From contig NZ_CP042911.1 in assembly GCF_008065095.1 (NCBI RefSeq), positions 3,210,001 through 3,242,000 on the forward strand: a DNA stretch of 32,000 nt, given 5' to 3'. This DNA is from Gemmata obscuriglobus (lineage in GTDB: Bacteria > Planctomycetota > Planctomycetia > Gemmatales > Gemmataceae). Below, one piece after another: positions 9,593-19,774 of this stretch. The notes below the pieces were generated by a model. It saw only the letters and a list, made by a program, of their open reading frames with translations, was not told the DNA's origin and did not search any database. The number at the start of each line of letters is the position of its first letter. Position 1 is the stretch's first letter. The translations under genes and the position numbers were made by a program.

Positions 9593-10342
9593 TCACCCCT
9601 TCAAGCCCGCACGGGCGGCCCACTCCTCGAACCGCGTCGGACCGAGGCGGGGGTTCGGCCCCGGGTTCAGCCCGCGCTCGTCCAGCGCCGCCCCGAAGTA
9701 GCGAGCCTGTGGGTCTGCGATCACGGAACGCGGCTGCCCACTCGCGGCCAGGAACTTCTCCACGAACGCCGCGATCGAAAGCGACTCCGGACCGGCCAGT
9801 TCGACCGTCCCGTTGACCGGCGCGTCCGCCGCGATTGCGGCCAGCGCCGCGGCCACGTCGTCAGCCGCCACGGGCTGCATCGGCGCTGTTGGCTGACGAA
9901 CCTCACCGGCGCCCGTTCCGGCGATCGCGCCGAGGAACTCGAAGAATTGCGTCGCCCGGACGATCGTGTAGGGCACCGATCCCGCCTTGAGCAGGTTCTC
10001 CTGCGCCACTTTCGCCCGCATGTACCCGCTGTCGGGCAGCCGATCGGCCCCGACAACCGACAGGGCCACGTAGTGCCGCACGCCGGCGGCCGACGCCGCG
10101 GTCAACAGGTTCCGCGTCGAGGCGTCAAAGAAGGACATCACCGCGTCGTCCGCAAACGACGGCGAGTTCGACACGTCCACCACAACGTCCGCGCTCGTCA
10201 AGGCCGCCGCCAATCCCTCGCCGGTCAGCGCGTTGACGCCGGACGACGGAGACGCCGGTACGGCCTCGTGCCCCGCGCCGCGGAGGAGCGGTACCAGCTT
10301 CTTCCCGATGAGCCCGCTGCCACCAATTACGACTACTTTCAT
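9593..10342 (-). CDS. NAD(P)-binding SDR/NmrA-like oxidoreductase
   Basis: N-terminal Rossmann motif MKVVVIGGSGLIGKKLV, about 249 aa. An AGGAG sits 8 nt upstream of the ATG. Confidence 0.8.
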   Translation of the reverse strand: MKVVVIGGSGLIGKKLVPLLRGAGHEAVPASPSSGVNALTGEGLAAALTSADVVVDVSNSPSFADDAVMSFFDASTRNLLTAASAAGVRHYVALSVVGADRLPDSGYMRAKVAQENLLKAGSVPYTIVRATQFFEFLGAIAGTGAGEVRQPTAPMQPVAADDVAAALAAIAADAPVNGTVELAGPESLSIAAFVEKFLAASGQPRSVIADPQARYFGAALDERGLNPGPNPRLGPTRFEEWAARAGLKG

Positions 10343-10646
10343 GACGATGATCTCCTGTTGTTCGCTCGCTCAAGGCCCGCTCGACACGCCGAGTCGGTTC
10401 CCAGCAGCCGGGCACGGGGTGCGATTCCGAACCGTTCGACATCAAGGACGGATAAGGGCTGCGTTCTGTGACAACGCGGTCCGCGTTCAGGTAACGGTTG
10501 GGCGGTTGCAGCCACCGCACCCGGTTCGCTCGAACGAGGGTATGGGTCGCGCGGCCGCCCGCAAGTACCATAAGAGCGCGTGGCGAGCCGAGTACCGCTT
10601 GGCGCGACTCAACTTGATACGAGGGCGCGCGGCACGAAAGGTCTAT

Positions 10647-10760
10647 GGAGAAGCCGAGAAGAGTTTGACAGGATCGACAGGATAAACAGGATTTTCAATC
10701 GATCGGTCGTCATCCGGTGGGGCCTGCCAGTCCTGTCAAAATCGGTCTTCGTAAACGCGA
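10647..10760. repeat. Copy A (diverged) of a palindromic repeat of about 110 bp, built from 9-bp-phased ACAGGAT heptamers
   Basis: ACAGGAT occurs at 10668, 10677 and 10686. The inverted arm has ATCCGGT at 10712, a degenerate GGCCTGC at 10721 and GTCCTGT at 10730. It shares flanking blocks with copy B (...AGAA.A.TTTGACAGGAT...CCTGTCAAAAT..T.TTCGTAA.C.CGA). Confidence 0.8.
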
Positions 10761-10857
10761 GGTCCGCGCGGGCCGGGACGAGGCCGCGACCATTCGCTCA
10801 TGACGCCACGCGCCTTAAAGCTCCACCTTCCGACCCGGTTCCGAAAGGCGGTTCAAC

Positions 10858-12420
10858 GTGCTTCGCGTTTGCCCACTGGTCGCGGCCGCGCTGGTCGTGG
10901 TTCTCGGCACCGTTCCCGCCCCCGCCGCGCCCCCGGACGGGCTGGCCGAGAAGCTCGAAGCAATCACCGGCGCTCCGGATTACAAGCACGCTTCCTGGGG
11001 CATCCTGATCGTGGACGCCAAGACCGGGGGCACAGTTTACGCGCGCAACCCGGACGCGATGCTGGCCCCCGCCTCCGTGACGAAGCTCTTCACCTGTGCC
11101 GCCGCGCTGGTCACGCTGGGGCCGGACCACAAGCGGGAAACCGCCGTTTACCAGCGCGGCATCGTGCTCAAGGGCACGCTCCGCGGCGACCTCGTGCTCG
11201 TCGCGAGCGGCGACCTGATGCTCGGCGGGCGCACCAAGGACGGCAGAACCGTCTTCAAGGACAAAGACCACACCTACGCGAACGGCGGGTTCGGCGACTG
11301 CGAGGTCACCGACACCGACCCGCTCGCGGGCCTCAACGCCCTTGCCAAACAGGTCAAGGACGCCGGCATCAACGAGATTAACGGCGAGGTGCTGATCGAC
11401 GACCGGCTGTTCGCCCGCACCCGCGGGAGCGGCAGCGGTCCGGACGCCGTCACCCCGATCGTGGTGAACGACAACGCGATCGATGTCGTCGTCACCCCCG
11501 GCGAAAAAGAGGGCGCCCCCGCGACGGTCACGATGCGCCCCGAAACCAGCTTGTACACGATGGACGCGACCGTGAGTACCGCCGCGGCGGGCGCCACAGC
11601 AAATATCCAGTTGATCCCCATCGGCGCCACGCAGTTCGCGGTGCGCGGCACGGTTCCGGTGGGCGGAAAGCCGCAGCTCCGCGTGTTCAACGTGGACGAA
11701 CCGGCGTCGTTCGCCCGGGCGCTCTTCGTGGAGGCGCTCCGGCGGGCCGGCGTTCGCGCGCAGTGCGCGGTGCTGCGTCCCGGCGCGGTTCTCCTGCCTC
11801 CCAAAGCCGATTACGAGAAGCTGCCCAAGGTCGCGGCGCTCGCGTCGGCACCGTTCAAGGACACGGTCACGGTCACGCTCAAGGTGAGCCACAACCTGTA
11901 CGCCAGCGCCATCCCCTGCTTGCTGGCGGTCGCTCAGGGGGCCAGCACACTCGACGCCGGTCTGAAGGAAGAGCGGGCGGTACTGAAGGACCTCGGCGTC
12001 GACACCAACGCGATCTCGTTCGGCGGCGGGGCCGGCGGCGCACAGTCCGACTACGTGAGCGCGCGGGCGACCGTGCAGCTACTTCAGGGCATGTCGAAGC
12101 GGTCCGAGTGGGACGCGTACAAAGCCGCACTGCCAATCCTTGGCGTTGACGGCACCTTGAGTGACGCCGTCAAAGACGACAGCCCGGCGCGCGGCAAGGC
12201 GCACGCCAAGACCGGCACGCTCCTCTGGTACGACGCGGCCAACGAGCGGTTCCTGCTGAAAAGCAAGGCTCTCGCCGGTTCGCTCACCACCAAGAACGGC
12301 AAGGAGCTGCTGTTCTGCGTGATGGTGAACAACGTCCCTCTGCCCAAGGGCGTGATATCCAGTCGGGAAGGCAAGATGCTCGGCAAGCTGTGCGAGGTGC
12401 TGCACGAACACGGCCCGTGA
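10858..12420 (+). CDS. dacB: D-alanyl-D-alanine carboxypeptidase/endopeptidase, PBP4 (peptidase S13) family
   Basis: Signal peptide, SxxK (ASVTKLF), SxN (VSHNLYA) and KTG (HAKTGTL) boxes in the PBP4 order, 520 aa. GTG start. Confidence 0.88.
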   Translation: MLRVCPLVAAALVVVLGTVPAPAAPPDGLAEKLEAITGAPDYKHASWGILIVDAKTGGTVYARNPDAMLAPASVTKLFTCAAALVTLGPDHKRETAVYQRGIVLKGTLRGDLVLVASGDLMLGGRTKDGRTVFKDKDHTYANGGFGDCEVTDTDPLAGLNALAKQVKDAGINEINGEVLIDDRLFARTRGSGSGPDAVTPIVVNDNAIDVVVTPGEKEGAPATVTMRPETSLYTMDATVSTAAAGATANIQLIPIGATQFAVRGTVPVGGKPQLRVFNVDEPASFARALFVEALRRAGVRAQCAVLRPGAVLLPPKADYEKLPKVAALASAPFKDTVTVTLKVSHNLYASAIPCLLAVAQGASTLDAGLKEERAVLKDLGVDTNAISFGGGAGGAQSDYVSARATVQLLQGMSKRSEWDAYKAALPILGVDGTLSDAVKDDSPARGKAHAKTGTLLWYDAANERFLLKSKALAGSLTTKNGKELLFCVMVNNVPLPKGVISSREGKMLGKLCEVLHEHGP

Positions 12421-12493
12421 CGGAGTTGGGTATCCCCTCCGTGAACAGTTGGAACCACAAACCACGCACGTCGATTTCGCCCCGGGACTCGAT

Positions 12494-12607
12494 GGCGGAG
12501 CCAAGAACATTTTGACAGGATCAACAGGATAAACAGGATTTAAAATTGATCGATCTTCATCCGGTAAATCCTGTTCATCCTGTCAAAATGTTCTTCGTAA
12601 GCACGAA
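12494..12607. repeat. Copy B (well preserved) of the ACAGGAT palindromic repeat
   Basis: Perfect 19-nt inverted arms: AAGAACATTTTGACAGGAT (12503-12521) and ATCCTGTCAAAATGTTCTT (12577-12595). ACAGGAT occurs at 12515, 12524 and 12533. ATCCGGT/ATCCTGT/ATCCTGT occur at 12559, 12568 and 12577. The centre contains GATCGATC. Confidence 0.85.
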
Positions 12608-12873
12608 ACTCGTGTGGGGCGAAATGACGCCGCGGCCGGCCGCTCATTCCGCCACCGGTTCTTATGCCTTTGTGACACAGGCATCCCTGTCGGTGCGGGG
12701 CGAGAAGGCCGCACCGATAAGAATGTGTGTGCCACAAGAAACGGACACAACCAGCCGGATCGTGAATCAGAGAAAGGTGGCCGGGCGAGAGGTTCTTTGC
12801 CCCGGCACGCCGGCTGCTCTCGCGTGTCGGATTTCTAAACAGCGGTTGCTCTTCCAACAGAAAGGGCGTTGAC

Positions 12874-13851
12874 ATGCACGCCGTTCGCTTCGCAGGACCG
12901 ATAGCGTGTGCGGCCGCGGTCGCGGCGGCCGTTTCGGCGTTCGCGCCGAAAGCGGCGGACGCGGACAAGGCCCCGGTGGGTTGGAAGCTGGTGTGGTCCG
13001 ACGAGTTCGACGGGAAGGAGATCGACCGGACGAAGTGGGACTTCGACCTCGGCAACGGGTTCTACAACTACGACGCCAACCAGTGGATCAGCGGTTGGGG
13101 CAACAACGAACTGCAGTACTACACGCGCGAGCCCGAGAACGCGTTCGTCAAAGACGGAGCGTTGCACATCGTCGCCATCAAGGAGTCGTACCAGGGGTGC
13201 GGGTACACGTCGGCACGGCTGAAGACCCGAAAGCGCGACGGCCGTTCGCTGTTCAGCAAAAAGTACGGCCGGTTCGAGTTCCGCGCGAAACTCCCGCCGG
13301 GGCAGGGGGTGTGGCCGGCGCTGTGGATGCTCCCGCAGAGCGACAAGTACGGCACCTGGGCGTCGTCGGGCGAGATCGACGTGATGGAAGCGAAGGGCCA
13401 GGAGCCGACGAAGGTGCTCGGAACGCTGCACTACGGCTCGCGCTGGCCCAACAACGCACACGCCAGCAAAACCTACACGTTCCCGGACCAGGGCACGATC
13501 ACGGACTACCACGTGTACGCGGTCGAATGGACCCCGGGCGAGGTCCGCTGGTCGGTGGACGACACGGTGGCCGGCACACACTCGTTTTGGTGGAGCAGCA
13601 GCAAACTGGACGGCGAGAAGGGCGCACGCCCGAAGCAAGAAGCCGATCTGAACCCGTGGCCGGCGCCGTTCGACCAGGAGTTCTACCTCGTGATGAACGT
13701 CGCGGTGGGCGGCAACTTCCTGGGCAAGCCGGACAGGACGACGAAATTCCCCGCGGAGATGCTGGTCGATTACGTCCGGGTGTACGACAGGGTCGGCGGG
13801 TACGGCGCCGCCAAGCCGCGCGGCGCAGGCCAGTTGCCGTTCGGAAAGTGA
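12874..13851 (+). CDS. Glycoside hydrolase family 16 (beta-glucanase/laminarinase-like), secreted
   Basis: Signal peptide; WSDEFDG; GNNELQYYT; GRFEFRAKLP; WPALWMLP; and the catalytic-type block SGEIDVMEAKG. Confidence 0.88.
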   Translation: MHAVRFAGPIACAAAVAAAVSAFAPKAADADKAPVGWKLVWSDEFDGKEIDRTKWDFDLGNGFYNYDANQWISGWGNNELQYYTREPENAFVKDGALHIVAIKESYQGCGYTSARLKTRKRDGRSLFSKKYGRFEFRAKLPPGQGVWPALWMLPQSDKYGTWASSGEIDVMEAKGQEPTKVLGTLHYGSRWPNNAHASKTYTFPDQGTITDYHVYAVEWTPGEVRWSVDDTVAGTHSFWWSSSKLDGEKGARPKQEADLNPWPAPFDQEFYLVMNVAVGGNFLGKPDRTTKFPAEMLVDYVRVYDRVGGYGAAKPRGAGQLPFGK

Positions 13852-13913
13852 CGAACCGGAAAGAGCGGCATGTGTCTACTGCGCACGCCCGCTCCCTCGG
13901 TCCGGGGTTTACA

Positions 13914-14312
13914 ATGGCACGGCGCGTGAAACAAACGACCAGCCCCGTCGAGGCGGGCGAGCACACGTTTGCGGAAGTCGAGAAGCGGTTGCGATCGCTT
14001 GCGGTTCCGCTCGGTACATCACGGCCCGGTAACCGGCTTGCTCACCACCGCGAACCCGGCCAGACGTTCGGCGCGTACCACGCTGCCGCGCCCGTTCGCC
14101 GGGGCGAGTATCCCGGCGGCATTAAGGTCTGTTTGCTCGGTGACTTCGTTACCGCCCAGCACAGTCTCAGCGGTGAAACCGACCCAGCGATTTTCTGTCC
14201 CACATTCAAGAGCCGCAATCGCTGCAAACCGTGGCGTGGTCTCACCCTCTCTCTCGCCTCACTGACTTCCGCTCGCGACCGCGGCGGATTCCAACTACGG
14301 TCCTGCTCCTGA
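13914..14312 (+). pseudogene. Possible archaemetzincin-like (peptidase M54) N-terminal remnant lacking the metalloprotease half
   Basis: The translation ...PLGTSRPGNRLAHHREPGQTFGAYH...GIKVCLLGDF... resembles the recalled N-terminal PGDWL..H.E.GQ.F..Y / IY..P.GDF pattern. No HExxH region follows, because the frame ends about 10 nt before the tRNA-Met terminator. Confidence 0.35.
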
Positions 14313-14321
14313 TTACGCATC

Positions 14322-14365
14322 AAAAAAGCAGAACCCCGGATGCCCTTCTGGACACCCGGGGTTCT
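14322..14365 (-). terminator. Intrinsic terminator downstream of tRNA-Met/Ile2
   Basis: On the minus strand: a 10-bp stem AGAACCCCGG/CCGGGGTTCT (14330-14339 and 14356-14365) followed by GCTTTTTT. Confidence 0.75.
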
Positions 14366-14428
14366 ACCGTTAGACCATGCAGCATCAGGTCTAACCGATG
14401 CTTTTGCTCAACAAACGCCATCTCTAAG

Positions 14429-14502
14429 TCGGGGCGGCTGGATTTGAACCAGCGACCTCAAGGTTATGAGCCTTGCGAGCTACCGGGCTGCTCCACACCC
14501 CA
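14429..14502 (-). tRNA. tRNA with CAU anticodon: elongator tRNA-Met or lysidine-type tRNA-Ile2. No encoded CCA.
   Basis: Hand-folded cloverleaf: acceptor TGGGGTG/CGCCCCG (two G-U pairs), D arm GAGC-AGCCCGGTA-GCTC, anticodon arm CAAGG-CTCATAA-CCTTG, variable loop AGGTC, T arm GCTGG-TTCAAAT-CCAGC, discriminator A. The anticodon stem is not initiator-like. Confidence 0.88.
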
Positions 14503-14551
14503 CCATTGCCGTGTGGGCTCCGCGTTGCGGGCACCACTCGGGTACAAAGGA

Positions 14552-14579
14552 ATCATAGCGGCTCGGGCGAACATGTCAA
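14552..14579 (-). promoter_or_regulatory. Sigma70-type promoter for tRNA-Met/Ile2
   Basis: Minus strand: TTGACA (14579-14574), 16-nt spacer, TATGAT (14557-14552). It lies about 50 nt upstream of the tRNA 5' end. Confidence 0.6.
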
Positions 14580-14969
14580 CAGGCCTACTTCTTCTCGCCG
14601 GGCGACCCACCGATCCAACTCGGCTGAGCAGTAGCGGATGCGGAGTGCCGTAACTCTTTGCTTGGCACGGTTTTTGTCACATAAATCAAGTGGATCAGCG
14701 ATCGCCCAAGTTGGCCGGATTGAATTCTTGCGTAATGCTGAGATGCTGGGACGCGATGGCCCTTAACGGAACTGCTAACCATTCACTGTCGAACATCGCA
14801 TGCGTTTCGCTTGGCCTTACCAAGGTTCCGGCGGTAATGCCATTACGCTTTAGGGAACAGGCTTACAGTGCCCGATTTGGTGCTGGCAAGGATTAATGAA
14901 TTTGAATTCGCTCACGGCGATCGCCATAAGTGGTGGAAGTGCTTCGACTTATGGAGAGTCAGAAGGCAG

Positions 14970-15040
14970 AGCGGGATAGGGGAGTCGAACCCCTCTCACA
15001 GCCTTGGGAAGGCTGGGCACAGCCGATATACCAATCCCGC
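14970..15040 (-). tRNA. tRNA-Gly (CCC)
   Basis: Hand-folded: acceptor GCGGGAT/ATCCCGC, anticodon arm CAGCC-TTCCCAA-GGCTG, 4-nt variable loop, T arm AGGGG-TTCGACT-CCCCT, discriminator T, 71 nt. Confidence 0.88.
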
Positions 15041-15049
15041 ACATAGCAG

Positions 15050-15077
15050 ATTTTAAAGGAAGTCGTTTCAGGGGCAA
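15050..15077 (-). promoter_or_regulatory. Candidate promoter for tRNA-Gly
   Basis: Minus strand: TTGCCC (15077-15072), 16-nt spacer, TAAAAT (15055-15050). The -10 element ends 9 nt before the mature 5' end. Confidence 0.5.
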
Positions 15078-15376
15078 GGCTACTTTTTCGAAGGTTTCCC
15101 ACCGAGGCTCCGAAGTCCAGGCGCACTGCGAATGGGCTGGACTGGGTCACCGTGCTGGTGTTGTGCTCGAATTCGGAGCCGTTAGAACACGGGCGGCGGC
15201 GCGTGGATCGCACATCGCAACCGGCACAAGTTCAGAACCGTCGCCGAGGCGTCGTTCAGTGAACCCGCGGACACAAAGCCCAGCGAGTGGATTCACCTGC
15301 CTTAAAGGCGATCATCCTGTCAACTGTATGATGTGCGGAACGCCCCGCTGACCTTGGCAAAATCCGAAGGCTCTCC

Positions 15377-15406
15377 TTGCCCGCTGCGGGGTTAAGAGTG
15401 TATAAT
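15377..15406 (+). promoter_or_regulatory. Candidate promoter for tatA
   Basis: TTGCCC (15377-15382), 18-nt spacer, consensus TATAAT (15401-15406). It is followed by a leader of about 100 nt containing the CAGCCTGCAGGCTG palindrome. Confidence 0.5.
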
Positions 15407-15506
15407 TTCTTTCAGCCTGCAGGCTGCACACCGATGGGGTTACCTTCAACCTCCTCCACAATCCAGTCAGTCCCCCGTTCTGCAACCCCACAAGAGGAGG
15501 AAGGTT

Positions 15507-15806
15507 ATGTCCATGCATTTGTTTGCTTTTCTGCCAGGCATCGGGCCGCAAGAGCTGTTGCTGCTGGCCTTATTGGGGGTTTTGCTGTTCGGTCGCCGCC
15601 TGCCGGAACTGGGCCGATCACTCGGCAAGACGGTGGTGGAAGTGAAGAAAGGGCTGAGGGGAATCGAGGATGAAGTGAGCGAGCCGAGTTCGTCGCGCCA
15701 GTCTGTTGAGCCCGAACCGATCAAAGCACCCCAACGCGTGACGCCCTCGAGTACGCCAAAGTTCGATGATTCCCCGGCTCCTTCCAGCGCGCCGCCAAAG
15801 ATGTAA
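15507..15806 (+). CDS. tatA: Twin-arginine translocase subunit TatA/TatE family
   Basis: GIGPQELLLLALLGVLLFGRRLPELGRSLGKTVVEVKKG is the TatA TM-hinge-amphipathic helix signature. AGGAGGAAGG RBS sits just upstream of the ATG. Confidence 0.88.
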   Translation: MSMHLFAFLPGIGPQELLLLALLGVLLFGRRLPELGRSLGKTVVEVKKGLRGIEDEVSEPSSSRQSVEPEPIKAPQRVTPSSTPKFDDSPAPSSAPPKM

Positions 15807-15956
15807 ATGCTCGGCAGCCAGTTCGCCAGAGCCGCGATGGTCCGAAGAGTCGCCGCCGTATCGCCGGTACTTCGAGCCGTTCGACCGCACGATTGACTCC
15901 GGCGGGTGAAACCGGGGACACATAACCTGCCGGTTAATCTCGCTCATGATGGTTTG

Positions 15957-16012
15957 GGGTCGCGGCGTCGTTCCCGATGAGGGCCCCCTCATCGGGAACG
16001 ACGCCGCGACCC
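15957..16012. repeat. Perfect 56-nt palindrome (27-bp arms, 2-nt centre)
   Basis: GGGTCGCGGCGTCGTTCCCGATGAGGG-CC-CCCTCATCGGGAACGACGCCGCGACCC. It lies 150 nt downstream of tatA and 330 nt upstream of marR. No T-tract follows it. Confidence 0.9.
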
Positions 16013-16218
16013 TCCTCGATTCTGATAGTTGTTCAAACTGCCGCCCTGACGCCTGCTCGGCTCACCAACTTCAATTCCGGCGCCCCCTATCTTTTGCCCT
16101 GAGCTTGTTTCCTCATTCGCGGCCCAAGATCCACGGAAAATAGCTCTGCGAACGGCCAACACCGTCGGAGCGCGTGTGCTCTCACCATTTTCTCACTAGT
16201 AGCGACCCATAGGGGTGA

Positions 16219-18819
<2,601 letters not shown>

Positions 18820-18837
18820 CCGGCGGCGCGGCCGGAC

Positions 18838-19395
18838 TCACCCCGGCAGCGTCCGTGATTCCGGCTTGGCGAGCGGGTGCTGCTCCTTGCGGCCGTCGGC
18901 CACCACCGCCACCCACTCGGCCAGCCGCCGGCCCAGCAGCACGCAGCCGTTTCTCACCTCGTCGTCCCGCGGCTCCTTCGCGGCCACCGCCCCGTAATGG
19001 GCGGTGGTGCTCCGCCCCGCGTAGTCGGTCACCCCGAACACCAGGAACCCGAAGTTCATCAGCACCATCTGGAGCGACTGGCACGCGATCTCGGCGCCGC
19101 CGCCCCACCCGCCGCTGGACGAGAACGCGCACGCCACCTTGCCGTCGACCTTGCCCCAGTGGTCGAACATGTCCTCGTCCCAGAACCGTTTCATCTTCCA
19201 CGACAAGACGCCCATGTTGGTCGGGCTGCCGACCGCGAGCCCGTCGCACCAGTACACGTCTTCCGGCGCGGCGGCGCCTACCTCCCGCAGCCGGACCTCC
19301 GTCCCGGGGATCAGGGCCGCCCCGTCCGCGACCAGACGGGCCATCGCCGCGGTGTTCCCGCTGGCGGAGTGGTAGAGCACCAGAACCTTTCCCAT
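18838..19395 (-). CDS. Flavodoxin-fold NAD(P)H-dependent oxidoreductase (WrbA/flavodoxin-like)
   Basis: MGKVLVLYHSASGNTAAMA FMN-binding N-terminus, then LAVGSPTNMG. The start is set at cat 19393-19395. Convergent with the esterase gene (18-nt gap). Confidence 0.75.
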   Translation of the reverse strand: MGKVLVLYHSASGNTAAMARLVADGAALIPGTEVRLREVGAAAPEDVYWCDGLAVGSPTNMGVLSWKMKRFWDEDMFDHWGKVDGKVACAFSSSGGWGGGAEIACQSLQMVLMNFGFLVFGVTDYAGRSTTAHYGAVAAKEPRDDEVRNGCVLLGRRLAEWVAVVADGRKEQHPLAKPESRTLPG

Positions 19396-19521
19396 CGACA
19401 CCTCCCAACGGCACCGTTCCGCGGCGGTGCGTCGTACCATCGCGGACGCTTGCTTATGAAACCCGAACCCACTCGTACCGCGAAACACGGAACGGCTCTG
19501 GGTGACTATTTCGCATCCACC

Positions 19522-19550
19522 TTGCCGTTTGCGGCATTTTCCACCATAAT
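19522..19550 (+). promoter_or_regulatory. Candidate promoter for tRNA-Val
   Basis: TTGCCG (19522-19527), 17-nt spacer, CATAAT (19545-19550). It lies about 33 nt upstream of the tRNA. Confidence 0.5.
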
Positions 19551-19583
19551 AGTAATACCGCGGCGATGAGTTGCGGATATCGC

Positions 19584-19655
19584 GGGCGATTAACTCAGTG
19601 GTAGAGTGCGTTCTTCACACGGACGAAGTCACAGGTTCAAATCCTGTATCGCCCA
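19584..19655 (+). tRNA. tRNA-Val (CAC)
   Basis: Hand-folded: acceptor GGGCGAT/ATCGCCC, D arm ACTC-AGTGGTA-GAGT, anticodon arm CGTTC-TTCACAC-GGACG, variable loop AAGTC, T arm ACAGG-TTCAAAT-CCTGT, discriminator A. Confidence 0.9.
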
Positions 19656-19774
19656 CTCTGCTTAAGTCCTTTTAGCCGAAGCAGTTCCTGCTTACCCCGG
19701 TGAGTACCGGGTGCGGCTTCCAAACCTAGCGAACTTTGGAATCGTTCCACAGTTCGCGGTTAGGAACCGCAATT

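Noticed and set aside
10647-12607. Possibility that the ACAGGAT repeats are a CRISPR array or a coding tandem repeat
   Set aside because: The repeat unit is 7 nt at 9-nt spacing, with only three copies per arm and no spacers. The architecture is a palindrome. ORFs crossing it (FDRIDRINRIF and others) have no start context or coding-like composition.
12906-14312. 468-aa plus ORF spanning the GH16 gene in another frame
   Set aside because: Most of it is an off-frame shadow of GH16. Only the tail from ATG 13914 is kept, as a low-confidence peptidase-like remnant.
13991-14927. HIP1-like GCGATCGC octamers (about 13991, 14697 and 14916)
   Set aside because: Three occurrences of a GC-rich palindromic octamer in 32 kb of high-GC DNA are not clearly above expectation. 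There is no further shared context.
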